A stretch of 64,000 nt of DNA, taken from a virus. The notes beneath the pieces are model-generated. The model saw nothing but the letters and a program-made list of their open reading frames with translations, had not been told where the DNA came from and did not search any database. Each line of letters begins with the position of its first letter. Position 1 is the first letter of the stretch. Of this stretch, positions 31,063 through 45,000 are shown piece by piece. A program made the position numbers and the translations under genes. The stretch lies in UHGV virus genome UHGV-0023958. One strand, written 5' to 3'.

Positions 31063-34000
31063 ATGGCGGATAAAAAGGAAATCGAAATTAAATTGAATTC
31101 AGATGATATTATCAAGCAAATAGAAAAAGGCATTCAAGGAGTTTCTTTTGATGTTAAACTTGACACTGATTTTGGTAAACATGAATATGTCGCTCTCGAT
31201 AAAAAAGTTTAGGAATATTTAAAAAGCAAAAATGCAGTTGTTATTTCAGCTACACAGTTTGCGCATTTAATGGAAACTGGTTATGCAAGTTTTGAAGCAG
31301 AAATAAATGACTTAGAGAAGAAAATTAAAACATCAACCGGTGAAGAAAAAACAAAATTAGAGCAAAGATTAAAAGATGTAAAGAAATTTAGCGAACAAAG
31401 CATGAATAAGGCACATGTTGGTACTGAAATCCATAAACTTCTTGAGTTATAGGAGAAGGGGTTTATTGATTTAAACAAAGAGAGAGAATCTTTAAATAAA
31501 ATCTATGCTCAAATGAATAAAGATAAAAACTCTTTGCAAGAATTAAGGACATTAGTAGGTTCATCATCTTTTGTTACTGATAATAATTTCAAAAAAGCTT
31601 TTAGAAGAGCGCAAGAAATGAATAAGATGAGGGTTTCTGCTGGTATGACTGGAGGTCAAGCAGAAACCGCCCGCGCTTTTGCTTATATTCACAATGGGAA
31701 ATTATATATTGCTGCTGGTGCAACAGATTGGACAAAAACTGGAGGTATGTATGATAAGATCGGAGATTATAAAACAACTTCAGAGTTTAATCCGGTTCAC
31801 AATTTAATTCAAACAGCCGTCAACGCCAATGCGATGCGCGCTGCTTCTGGAAATAAAACAAGAGATGTTAAGGGATAGATTGTTCATTTACCAGTTACAA
31901 AAGATAGAAACCTAAATCAATATACAGCTGGCATGGTGTATAATATATCTACTGGAAGCTGGGAAGAAAATATGGCTTTAATACAAGCTCTTACAGATGT
32001 ATATGAGGGTAAGGGCGATAGATCAAACATCAAAATACCAGGAAGATACACCGGTGGCGTTACAAGTGGAACATATACAGATGTAACTGGGGCAGAAAAA
32101 ACCGTAACATATTGGAATGGTAAAACTTTAAAGAAATGGCTAAAAAGCGATCAAAAAGATATGGAAAGTATGATCTCTTCATTATCTTTAGAGGATAAAA
32201 ATCATTTTTTGAGACTATTGTTTGGGCAAAGTAATGGAAATTTTTGGTATACAATTGGTTCTAGTAATGAGTTGAGAAAAAAATATAAATCTCAATATGA
32301 CTAGATTGTTGCGAATAAAGAAAATAGCAATTACTATCTTCAAGACATAGGTGGTTCTTGGGAAATCGGAGAAGATGGTAGTTGGAAATTTATTCCAAGA
32401 GAAAGTACTTCCGAAAGTAGATAGAAAGCATCTAAAAATATGTATAATAAAGATTGGTGGGAAATCGCATAGGAATAGGATGAAAATAGACTAATTAATG
32501 ATTTTTCTAATAACAGAAAAGATATAGATGAACAAACGGCGGCACAAATGGTCCCAGTTGCCTCTAGAAGATTAGCAAGAATTATAGATTATTCTAATAA
32601 AGTAGATAGAATCACTCAAGAAATAATTAAAAGAAATCCAGAGTTAGAAGGTAGGGATGTTGAAGAGGTTTCAAAAGAATTTTTAAAAGCTACAAATCCA
32701 AAAAATTTAGATAGATATCTAAGATCAAAGGAGCTTTTAGCAGCTTTCCCGAAGGAAGGAACAGATCAAGAAAAATATGAATTTGCATATCAAGGTTTAA
32801 GAGAAGATTCTAATGAGGAATCCAAACTTAAAAATATGCTTTATATAATTGAACAGGCTGGATTATTAGACAAAGTAAAGTCCGGATACATGGATTGGGA
32901 AAAATATTTTTTTAAACAACAAAAATCGATTCCTTATTCTGTTTTAACATCAATGGCTACGGGTAAAATGCTTGGATACGAAGAAGATGAGTTGAGGCCA
33001 GAGTACGCGGAACAGAGGTCTTAGATAAAAACATTAACATAGGTTGATGAAAAATATATCTCAGATATGAAGAATCAGATGGGAGATGAAATATTATCTA
33101 CAGCAGAAGACGAGATTGATTTTTTTAAAAGAAAGATATCCGAACTCGGTAAACAAAAAGGATTGGATGAAGACGCAATAAATTCTGCATTGGAGAAAGT
33201 CGATTATGCTGTTGAAGATACCGCTGCATAGAGTATTGAAGATGTTTAGAAATATATAAATAGCCAATATGATGCAAGTGAAATTGAATCTTTTGAAGCT
33301 TTACATGAAGCAATGGGTGTCGGGGAATTTTCTGGAGAAGAAACACCATTACAAGAAGAATTTGAAAATAGTCAAGATAATCTTTATCAACAAATTGATG
33401 AAAAACAAAAAGAATTCGAGGCAATTTATAGAACGCAAGTATAGGCATTTAATGATTATATTATGTATATGGCCAAAGATATGCTTTCTCTTGCCAATGA
33501 AATAAATGAAAATAGCAAAAAAAATAATAAAAAAAATCAATAGAAGAAGAAACAGACAATTGATCAAGAATCTAAAAAAATTGAAGAATCTTCTAAAGAA
33601 ATTGCACAAAATATTGTTAATAATGCTATAGATAACGCAGTCAAACAAACAGAAGAGGTTGCGCAAATATATACATCGTCAGCAAAAATTTCCAAAGAAG
33701 AAAATAAACCTGTTTTAAAAGACGGTGTTTATGTTTGGTCTAGAACTGGTAGAAGATTATCCGCAAAACAACTTTCTTCACGTGGTTTACAAAATAATCC
33801 TCCTTCTGGAAATATTCAATATTTTGGTGGCCCAATTCCAGTTTATCCAGCTGGTCAAGGTGGAGAATTAGATCCAAATAAAACATATAGAGAAACTGGT
33901 ATAACGGTTGATGCCGAAAATAAGATAGTAAGTAGAACTTTAAAAGAAGTTCAAAAGAGACAAGACGGTGGCAAGCGTGGATCGTCTCAGCTTGATGTAA

Positions 34001-37000
34001 TTAAACAGATCAAAGAAGACACTGGAAAAATTGTAAATATAATGGAATAGCAACCACCCGTTTCTGGTGGTGGTATGCCACCAGAGATTCCAACTACCGG
34101 TGGCGGAACTTCTGGCGGTAGTAAGAAAGGCAAATCTAAAGAAGATAAGCAAAAAGAAAAAGAAGATAAACAGGTTGAAGCTCAAAGAAAAAAAAATAAT
34201 CAAGAATACGCAAAAGCCTTAAAGACAGAATACGATTATCAATTGAAGATTGATGATGCAAGACGTAAGTCCAATATAACTTCCGGTAGAGAAAGAAAGT
34301 CTTAGCAAGAATTTATAAAAGTTGCACAATAGCAATTGAAAATAGCACAAGCAACAACTCAAGAAAGAAGAAAGGCTGTTACAGATAAAGATGCTGCGCT
34401 TATTGAATCTGGCTTACAAGGTCAGTTTTCTGTTAAACGTGCCGCAATATATACAAAAGATAAAGGTGCACGTAATATATTCGACCTTATGGGCGATGAT
34501 ATCAAGAGAGCTTTTTAGAGAATTACAGATTTTGGTGTGGCTGCTCGTATTTTGAATAAAGTTCAAAAAGAAATTGCTAATGTATATCAAAATATATTGA
34601 AGCTCAATGAAGCAATGACAGACATTCGTATTGTAACTGGTGCGAGTGTTGATGAAGCGAATTCTTTAATGACTAGTTATAATAAACTCGCAAAAGAACT
34701 TGGCACAACAACAACCGAGGTTGCAAAGTCTGCAAGCGAATGGATGCGTCAAGGCTATACTGCAAGCGAATCTGTTAATTTGATTACTTCTTCTGTAAAA
34801 CTTGCTCGTCTAGGCTTCATGGATATGAGTTCCGCGACAACATCGTTGACGGCTGTTCTTAAAGGTTTCAATCTTCAAGCTACTGAATCATCTAAAATTG
34901 TTGATAAGCTTACAAAACTCGATGCCGAATACGCGACAACAGCTGGCGATATCGCTAACGCATTATCAAGAACGGCTGCTGCCGCAAAAGCAGCCAATCT
35001 CGATCTCGATCAAACTGCAGCAATGCTTACTACAATTATTGATATTACGCAGCAAGATGCTGGTAGCGTTGGTAATGCTTTAAAGACGATTTTGTCAAGA
35101 TATGGAAATGTTAAAGCTGGCGTATTTGCTGGAATGGCAGAAGATGGGGAAGACGCATCTGAAAGCATAAACGATGTTGAAAAGGTGCTGAATGCGATTG
35201 GTATTCAGATCCGTTCGACTTCAACAGAAATGCGTGGTTTTGATGAAGTCCTCGATGATTTGGCTGAAAAATGGGATAATTTAAACGATGTCGAACAAAA
35301 CGCCGTTGCAACTGCTATGGCTGGTGTAAGACAGCGCAACCAATTTTTAGCCTTGATGCAAAACTACAACCAATATAAAGAAAGTTTGGAATCTTCTCGT
35401 ACATCTTCTGGTACGGCAGATGAAAAATATGCTGCGGTTATGGATAGCATTGCTACTTCTATGCAAAAAATACAAACTGCGTGGGAAAGTTTTACACAAA
35501 AACTTCAAGCGAGTGGATTTGTAAAAACATTCTTTAAGGCAATTGCAGGTGTTGTTGAAAATATTGATAAGATACTTCCAAATATTGTGGCGATGTTGAC
35601 GGCTATTGCTGGAAAACACCTTCCAACTATAGGAATGAAGGTCCAAGGTTTATTTGGCGGTGGAAGTCGTATGGGGAAAGGTGTCAGAGCTGCTTTCGGA
35701 CGAAGTGGATCATTTGAACAAGAAAGTTTAAGAGAACTTGCAGAATACAAAAAAGGACTTGGCTATAAAGATGAGGAACTTTCTGAAGCAGAAAGAAAAA
35801 TCCTTGGTTCTGGGCACCAAGAAAATACCGCAGATGATAAAACAGCATCCAATACCGATTAGATTAAATCTGATGTTTCTACTATAAAGGCTTATTTACA
35901 AAACAAAAAAGCAGGAGGTGCTACCACTCCGAATACTGGAGATGATACAAATCAAAACGTAGAGGCTGGTGGCAGTCAAAAAGTTTCTAATAAAAAAGGT
36001 AAAGCTAAAGGAACAAAATTTTTAAAAAAAGCTAGAATAGCCTCTGGTGTTACGACTGGAATAGCATCGGGACTTTCTTCTGGTATGACTGCTAATTATG
36101 GTGATTTTACAAGCACTGCTGACAAAATATTTACTGGTGCTGCTTCTGGTATATTTTCTGGTGTTGGAACCGCTCTTGCTGGTCCTATTGGGGGTATCAT
36201 AGGCACGGCGTTTGGATAGAAAATCGGTGAGATATTTTATGGACAATTTCACAAAGAAGAAATTGCTCGTCGCAAACGTGTTGATGAAGCTAAGAAGCAA
36301 CTTGAAGCTACTCAAAAGGTAGAATCTGCAATTACCTCCGCCGAAGAATTAATAAGCAAAGATAGAAGCGAATGGGGTTCGGAAGAGTATAAGCAAGAAA
36401 AAGAAGTAATTGACTAGATGCGACTTGGATTACAAACTTCAAGCACATTAGCAGAAAACTTTGCAAAACTTTCTGGTAAGCCTACCGATGTTTCTGATTG
36501 GCTTCTTAAGTTATCTTCTGATTTAACATAGCTTGATAAAAGCGTTATTGCAAATTATCGTGCGGCTCAAATTTTGACGGAAGCGCAAGAAACATATAAA
36601 GCTGGCGAAGAAGATCGTGCGGCGTTATATGATAAGCTTGGAAGTGCAGAAGCTTCCATGCTTAATCAAATTCAGAACATAGATTCTGCTTCTTCGGAGT
36701 ATCTTGAAAAACATAAAGAATATGAGAGCAAATACGGGAGGACAGTTGAATCTGGTATTGCTTCAATGCAACAAGCGCAAATGCAATTAGATGCGTTTAC
36801 TGATGCGTTGCACGAAGGATATATGCAAGCCGCATTTTATTCTTCTGGGGTTTCTCAAATGTCTTCGACGGATATCGCCGGGGCGAGTCTCGATAGAGTT
36901 GTTGCCGAGGTCGCTCGTGCTTGGGCGGCAAGTGATGCTACTGCTTTAGTGTTTGCTAATGGAATGCTTTTGGATAGTGCAAGAAAATAGATTGTAGCGT

Positions 37001-39387
37001 ATTTAAAAACACAATCTGATTTTACGTCATTAACAAAATCTCCTGGTGGAAGTTTCCGAGAAATATTAGATGCTAGAGATGATATTGGAGATTATTTAAA
37101 TAAAACTGGTAATGATTATACCAAATTAAAAAATATAGTCAATCAACAAGATTTTAAGAAAATAAGAGAATTTTTTGGATATGATTCTAAGGATACAACA
37201 AAAGATTCTTATATTAAAGATATAATTGATAAAATCAATAAAGCTGATCCAACAAATATTGAATTGATTGCGCATGGATTAAACATGACTGTTGAAGAAG
37301 CAGAAAAACTCAAAGATGTTATAGGAACAATAACCCTTTCTGATATTTTAAACGGAGCGAACAAACTTTTAGATAAGTTTGACGAATTAAATACGATTCT
37401 TGGAGAGATTAGCGATAATGATATTTTATCTCCAGATACAATGAATAAAATAGTCAAGAATTTTCCAAATTTATTAAAAGGAACCGATGAAAGTGGAAAT
37501 GTTACTATATCAAGAGATAACATTATAAGAAATCTTACAAAGTAGATTACAGATCCAAATGGTACTTACGCAACTGGATATATTGGTAAAGTGGCAACAG
37601 GAGCAAAAACCGAATCTAAATACTGGGATTTATTTAAAGATGTTGCTGATTAGTATTTTACCGGAGATACGCTTAAATAGATAATGAATTATAGCAATTT
37701 CGAAGGTGCGGAATCTATAATGATGAGACCGGAGAATAAGTAGGCATTGTAGAGATTTGGTGAAATAGTTGCGACTTCAACAGGGATTATTGATTAGCAA
37801 GAAAGAGCTAGAAATACATTAATTGAAGCGGAAAACAAATCTTTGGAAAAACAAATCGATAATTTACAATCCATTAAAGATTCAATTGGAGATATCAATA
37901 AACAAAGAGAAAAAGAGCTTAATTTAATAAAGGCTCGCGATGCGCTTGAAAATGCGAAAAAAGAAAAGAAGCTTGTTTATCGTGCCGGTATTGGATTTGT
38001 TGCTACGTCAGACTCTTCTGCAATATAGGAGGCTCAAAAGAAAGTTGATGATTTGCAAAATCAACAAACTCAAGAAGATTTACAATATCAAATAGATTAG
38101 CTTAATCAACAAAAAGCAATATTAGAGGCGATTAAGAATGATCCCAATATGGAGAGCTTAAAAAATACTGCGGAAATTATAAAAGATGAATTGATGTAGA
38201 AAACGCCAGGTGGTATTCTTGGGCTATTAAAAAATTTAGATCCAGAAACTTTTTCTGATAATGTTCGAGACGGCATTGTGAAAAGTATTACAGAAAAAAC
38301 GCTAGCCGTTGGGCAAGATACATACAGAAACATAAAGTTTTCGTTAGACACTTTGTTATAGGATTATAAAGATTTTTATGATACAAAAAATTATGAAGGA
38401 AGTGGACAATCTGTTCAATCTATTTTAGAAGATCCGTCAAATATTTATTTTTCTCGCGTTTCAAATTCAATAAAAGAAAAACAAAGTGCTATAGAAAGTA
38501 AGAAAAAAGAGCTAGATAATTTAAAAGAGAAGTATTTTTCTGGCGATAATAAATCGTTATTAGGAAGTTATGGCGGAGCAATTGAAAATATACAAAATTA
38601 TTATAAAGAAAAATATGGAACAGATGATTATTAGGATGTGTCAAAGTTAAAATTTAACAAAGAGGGTATTTTGTTAGATTTAGAAAATGCTTCTGGTGAT
38701 TATCATGAAAATTATTTTACAATGGTCAAATACACAAATGAGGCGGTATCCGATGATTCTTTTACCGATAATAAACATCGAAAATATAAAAAATCACCCG
38801 GTAAATCTTGGGAAAGCTTGGGTAAATCATGGAACGATATTGTAGAAAATGATTTGTTATAGCCGGGAGATTTCGTTTTAGTAGATTTAAAAGGAAATAA
38901 ACTCGCCTATGTTGGTGTTGATAAAAAATTATATTGGGTACAAACTAAAAAGCCGAAAGATTAGAGTTATGGTGGTTATGGCGATGTTAATGACACAACA
39001 AAAGGAAATAACCCCGATATAGATTATTCTAATATGCGAGCCAAAGGTGATTATAATTATCAAGGTGGCAACGTTCTCATTAACGAACTTGGTACAGAAG
39101 CTATTGTAACACCACAGGGTACGCTTACATCACTTCCTTCTCATTCTGGTATTGTTCCTGCCGATCTCACAAAGAATTTGTTTGCTCTTGGCGAGATTGC
39201 TCCAAATCTTATTGCGACTCTTCGTAATCAGATGCCAAATGTTTCTAAATCGAATTCTACTAGCAATGATAATTCTACGAATATCGGAACTGTTTATGCA
39301 ACATTTAATGCAGATAGCGGATTTGATATGAACAGATTTATGATCGACTTGCGCTCTGCCGCTGGCAACACAAGACACAACAACTAA
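31063..39387 (+). CDS. tail tape measure protein, 2,774 aa, a single frame containing 35 TAG codons
   Basis: Frame 1 runs continuously from ATG 31063 to TAA 39385-39387 with no TAA or TGA. The twelve ORF-track pieces are all in the same frame and are separated only by TAG. The segment 34537-35862 carries the tape-measure core pattern (…TEVAKSASEWMRQGYTASESVNLITSSVKLARLGF…) and Gly-rich hydrophobic stretches. Confidence 0.75.
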
Positions 39388-39457
39388 ATAAAATAATGAA
39401 ATAACGCGGTTGAAATATATCGCGTTATTTCAAAATAAATATATAAGGAGAAAATAT

Positions 39458-40168
39458 ATGTATTATTTGGATTACGCAAAAAAAGTTGGAGATAGATATA
39501 TTTTGAATTTTTTTGCTGATACAGCTGAAGATATCGCAGACGTTCCAACAAATACACCATATATCACACGTAATGGTACGAATTATGGTGTTCCGCTTGA
39601 AACATCTATTGTTACAGTTATTGAAAATGATGTTCGTAAGAATTATGTTCTTCAAAACGGTGTTTATATTGCGGGGGGTGATGTACCCTCTGTGCTTGGT
39701 ATGCTCGAAGCAACAGAAAACAAAACATATAAAGCTTCTGACGAAGACCTCGAAGGGTATTCAACCGTAACTGTAAATGTAGAGCCGAAGTTGCAATCGA
39801 AATCTGTTACGGCAAATGGCACCGTTACACCTGATGCTTCTTACGATGGTCTTTCGCAGGTTACGGTTAATGTTCCCCCTACAACTCCAAAATTACAAGC
39901 TAAAACAGCAACAATAAATGGCGTTGTTAAACCAGATGCTACTTATGATGGTTTGTCGCAAGTAACTGTAAACGTTCCAGCTACTCCTATGGAAACAAAG
40001 ACGGTTGAGCCGAATTTCTCGAATGGCAGCGAGGTTCTTACACCGACAGAAGGCAAGGTTTTCTCTTCTGTGACTTTAACAAAACCCGCTACGTTGCTTC
40101 CCGAAAATATTAAAAAGGGAGTTATTATTTGTGGTATCGAGGGTACTTACGAAGCCGCTGGCGCATAA
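39458..40168 (+). CDS. distal tail protein paralog A with an internal tandem repeat of about 35 aa
   Basis: MYYLDYAKKVGDRYILNFFADT… is paralogous to the N-terminus of the gene at 40901. The repeat is KLQ.K..T.NG.V.PDA.YDGLSQVTVNVP. Confidence 0.45.
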   Translation: MYYLDYAKKVGDRYILNFFADTAEDIADVPTNTPYITRNGTNYGVPLETSIVTVIENDVRKNYVLQNGVYIAGGDVPSVLGMLEATENKTYKASDEDLEGYSTVTVNVEPKLQSKSVTANGTVTPDASYDGLSQVTVNVPPTTPKLQAKTATINGVVKPDATYDGLSQVTVNVPATPMETKTVEPNFSNGSEVLTPTEGKVFSSVTLTKPATLLPENIKKGVIICGIEGTYEAAGA

Positions 40169-40178
40169 TTGGTGATTT

Positions 40179-40838
40179 ATGATGAAAAAGTCTAAAAGAA
40201 TTCTTATGATGATTGGTTTTTATTTTCTTTCATTCACTTGGGGGTTCATAATGAGTTTCATTGGGTTGTTTGTCGTTTTTGGTTCGTGCTTAATTACAAA
40301 AACAAAACCGAAGAGATTTGGTTTGTGTACGTATAATATTATTGGTGAGTATTGGGGCGGATCTAATTGGGGATTTGGTTTTATCAGCGATAAAAGGTCT
40401 CCGAAATCAACTTATTGCCATGAACACGGTCACGGTTTACAAAATATAATTTTTGGACCGCTTATGCCGTTTATTGTTTGTATACCAAGTGCTGTCAGAT
40501 ATGGACTGTTTGATTGCGATACAGATAGAGATAAAATTAAGTTTTTATCGATTTTCTGTAGTTTGTTCGCTTTGGCGTTCTTTATTCCGATGATGATTGG
40601 TATATTTGCAAGCTGCTTGCCAGTAATTATTGTGTTCGGTATTTTGTTTTTATACGCTATCATTTTGATTGTTTGGCTTGTATTTTTCGAAGCACCGAAA
40701 CACAAAGGAAGACTGCACCCAGATTATGATTCCATCTGGTTTGAAGGGGATGCTACTCGCAGGGGAACTGCGTTTATGGAAAAGTGTTTTCCAGAAGAAA
40801 TTTATAAAGTTAGTAGACTACCCATTAGCTTTAGCTGA
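40179..40838 (+). CDS. multi-pass membrane protein with an HEHGH (HExxH-like) motif; a moron between paralogous tail genes
   Basis: Four to five hydrophobic segments, the sequence CHEHGHG, and a local GC shift. Confidence 0.4.
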   Translation: MMKKSKRILMMIGFYFLSFTWGFIMSFIGLFVVFGSCLITKTKPKRFGLCTYNIIGEYWGGSNWGFGFISDKRSPKSTYCHEHGHGLQNIIFGPLMPFIVCIPSAVRYGLFDCDTDRDKIKFLSIFCSLFALAFFIPMMIGIFASCLPVIIVFGILFLYAIILIVWLVFFEAPKHKGRLHPDYDSIWFEGDATRRGTAFMEKCFPEEIYKVSRLPISFS

Positions 40839-40900
40839 TGGGTGATCCACATGAGTAGTTCACAAAAAAATAAATATGATTAAAAAAAGAAGGGGGTATT

Positions 40901-41737
40901 ATGTTATATTTAGATTATGCGAAGCCCGTTGAAGGTGGTTATATACTTAACTTTTTCGCTGATAAAGTTGAAGATATGGAAGCTATAACTGGCGGAAAAG
41001 AATTTGTTACAAAAAACGGCACGAATTACGGCGTTCCCCTTAAAGGTTCTACTGTCGTAATAACTGCTCCCGATAAAGAAAAGAAGACGTTTATTCTTGA
41101 TGAAAATGGCGAATGGAATGAAGGCGGATTAAACCCGAATGAGTTTTACACGAAGGAAGCTGCTGACGAAAAATTTATGGAAAAGGTAGTTAACATTAAC
41201 CTCTCCCCTGATACTGCTACACGAGGCACTTTGACAGAAGAATAGTTAGCTACCTTGATGAAAGACGATAATAATTATATCACTCTTAACAAAGAAATCT
41301 ATCGGTTAGCAGACAAGCAATACACCACAGAAATTATCTCCTATGTCAATACAGGTGTGGGTAGTAATATAATTTATATCACTGTTTCTACAAGAGCTTG
41401 GACTTTGGTTGTAGGGGAGAGGCCAAGTACGGTTTATAAACACGAGCTTACCCTCGTTGATAAAGATAATCAACACATAGAGATATCATTGATTAACAAT
41501 TGGAAGTTCGAATATGACGATCAGAATTTACGTGAGTTGGTGGGTGGTGGCACGTACTCAACTGTTGGACGTTCTGATATTAGCTTTGACGGTTCAGAGT
41601 TAGGTTTATACAATTTTTTTAGTATAGACGGTGCTACTGTAGATGGTTATGCTTATTATATTAAAACAGACGGAACAATAGGTATACAAGAGTTAAGTAC
41701 AGTACGCGTTGATAGTGACTTGGTGACGGACTTTTAA
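40901..41737 (+). CDS. distal tail protein paralog B with an in-frame TAG at 41243
   Basis: AAGGGGG site. The ORF-track pieces at 40901 and 41255 share frame 2. Confidence 0.45.
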
Positions 41738-42064
41738 CATTTAAACCTCATATCCCGCTGGTGAAAAAGACGCTACGGTGCATCTGGTGTGATAACTGGC
41801 GGAACCGCCACTTTAAGTGATGGTACGAGTGTACCGATAACTATAACTACCGCCGAAGCATAATTCGGCATAAACACTTTATCTCCCTTTCCCCCAATTT
41901 GAGAGGGGAGGAATAATAAATAAAATTTAGGTTTTATTATACAGCCCAGTTTTTGTTCGGTTTTCTGTAAAAAAATCGAACACCAATAAGTTTGGGTGTG
42001 GCGAGTGAGATACCTCCCGCCCGCCACAACTCAATATAAAAAATAAAAGAGGAGGCAAGAGATT

Positions 42065-45000
42065 ATGGCAGTTTTTAAACCGACAAATTGTTCGCCGTAT
42101 TTAACATCTTTTGATATTACATATTTGAATGAAGGACCAATTTATTTTCAATGTAAAATAGATACGTCAAACACAAATATTGACGGATATGCTATAACTG
42201 TTTATGATAGTGATAATCATAAAATTTTTCCGCATAATGGAAACGCAGTCGATAATATATCATATATCAAAGATCTTCATTATGATACAACGAAGATTGG
42301 ATCGATTATTTCTGATGATGGAATTTCTGATTTAAACACTGGTTTAAACGGAAGTTATTTAAAAATTCCTTTTGTTGTAAACAATGGTTAGAATAGTTAT
42401 CTAACAAACACAACGAGAAAAAATGTTGTTGTGTATAATAAAAAAACAGACGGAAGTTATGAAATAAAAGATAATTCTGGAAATATCATTAAATTATATA
42501 ACGGAAATCAGTATAAATGGACAATAACTTTATATTAGCTCGGACAAGACGCTGTTGATAATAAGAAATCTAGGCCAGAAGAAATTAAATATTATGATAT
42601 GACAGTGGCTTCTGGCAAAATTCTTGGATCTACCAATGAAAGAATCCAAAGCTATCCGAGCGATCAAATTTATAATGATTACTTTTTACAATTATATAGT
42701 GCTCCAGTTGTTAATGTTGGTCCTGATTTTTAGATTACAAAAATTACAGGAGATGTAAAACAAGTTGGAACGAGGGTTAGAATTAAAGATTACGATTCGT
42801 ATCTCGGACACATGTATTTACAAACTGGACAAGATGGTTTGTCTGAGAAAAATTTAGATATATCAAATGTTTTCCAAGTTTTTAAAATGAGTAATAACCC
42901 AGATGATTTGGGCACAAAAGACAAAGTTGATTTTTGCATTAGTCAAAAATACTTTGTGCCAAAGTATTTCCAAGAATCTAAATCTGATTCATCGGCAGCA
43001 TATTTATCTCAAACATTTGTTATTGCAAACGTCACTGGTTCAAGTGCCTCTGAAACTTTGGAAAAAGTGAAAGATGTTTATAATAAGCCGTTTTTTGAAA
43101 ACACTGAAACTTTGTATGGTTTACCTTCATCTAATCAATATTACTCTAAAATTTTTAGTGGTTATGACGGAGACAATTCTCCCCCGGTTATATTTGGTTA
43201 GTCAAGAGTTTTATTGAATACGGAAAATAATAACAACGAATTAGATGAAAGTAGTGGGGCCGTAACTGGTACTAAGGATTATGGACCGAATGGAGGTAGT
43301 TCTAAGTTTAACGGTATATGGATTCCAAAAACACCAACTGTTGAAAAGATTGCAGAACATTAGAATGAAGGTAAATACACTGGAACAGATTATAAAATAA
43401 CAATTCAATGGTATCGTTCTTCTGATGCTGATACATGGGGAGAAATCACAAACAAAGTCGTTTTAGATACCAACAATTTCAACAGTGATTATGATTCGTT
43501 CGCAGGTCAAAATCTTCAAGCATATACTTCTGAGCAAGAAGGAGAGCAAGTTTCAACCGGTACTATTAATGATACGCTTATAAAATTTAACAACGAAGAA
43601 CCTGTTGAAATTTATTCAAATAATTCTTACGAACATAACTATGGATTTATTTATAAAAACAACATGGACATAACTGCATGGTTAGCGTCTATAACTGGTG
43701 AGACAACGCATGTACTAACTTATACATACATTTGTAAAAACACTTGGAGGGTAACTGGAAAGCCAAAGTGGCGCGAAGGCGATAATTTTAATGATTGGAT
43801 TGGAAATCCTATTTATTTTATAGAGAAAGATAATAATATATTTCAAGACAAGCATCAATATCAAATTTTAGCATATCGTAATCCAAGTAACTCTTACTTA
43901 CAAGCGGAGGTTAAGTTTAATTTAAATGAACAATATACTACTTATTATAGTGGGAATTATGGTTTAGATTGTTTTAATCCACCAGAGGAGTGGGAGAAGT
44001 GTGAAATACGCGTTGTTTGGAAAAATGATGCCGCAACAGATAAAAACTTAGATCTCCCAGAAGTTAATGATACAATTCAGTTTTTTATATATGATATAAC
44101 AACTGGAATTATTAATTTTATTTCTCCGTCTACAGCCGTGTCTGTTGGAGATAAAATATTCAATAAAGATAATTCTTCTTCGAATGTTGTGTTGTTAAAT
44201 AAAACTGTTTGGGCGATTGGACAAGAGCAAGATGTTTCTACATATAAATATAAAAACAATGAAGGTCGGTTGGTAGACTATAATTATTATCCGATTTTAA
44301 ACTTCAAAACAAACGATTTATATTCAATTAAAACATTCTTCCGTTCGAGCAGCGAAAATCAATTTAGTTTATATGAACGTCCAACTGTCGATTTAGAATT
44401 ATACGGCGTTTCAGGCGGTGCAAAGATAGAAATTAATGCTGCTGATAAAACATGCAAAACCTATGAGAGAAGTATTTTTGCATAGGCTATTTATAATCAA
44501 ACCAATTTGGTTCAGTGGAGAAATTATCAATGGTTTCTTTACGATGTTCCAAATATTTACGAAAACGCCGATGCGTATAAAACAGCAGCTGGATCTGCTT
44601 TGACAAAATATTTAAATCCGAATGATCTTATTTTGCAATCAGAAGTTGGTTATGATAAAGAGATAAAATATACGTTTTATGGTTTGGCAGAAGAACACCA
44701 TTGGTATATTATATCACTTGTTTTGACAGATCAATACGGAACAATTATTACAAAGAAAATTGCTGTTTATACTGATTTTACAGTGGAATTAGAACAAGAT
44801 AAAGATTGGGTTAATTATGGTCTTCGGTGTGATTTAACCGGCGTCGATATGTGGTTTGAAGATAAATACGGTTATATATATCCGAATTTGGGTGATAGAA
44901 ATTATTTGATAGAAACCAACAACAAATATGCAAACAATCCAAATGGCGTTACGTATTCTGATAGTGTTATGAATATATCTGATAACTCAGAAGGTGTTTT

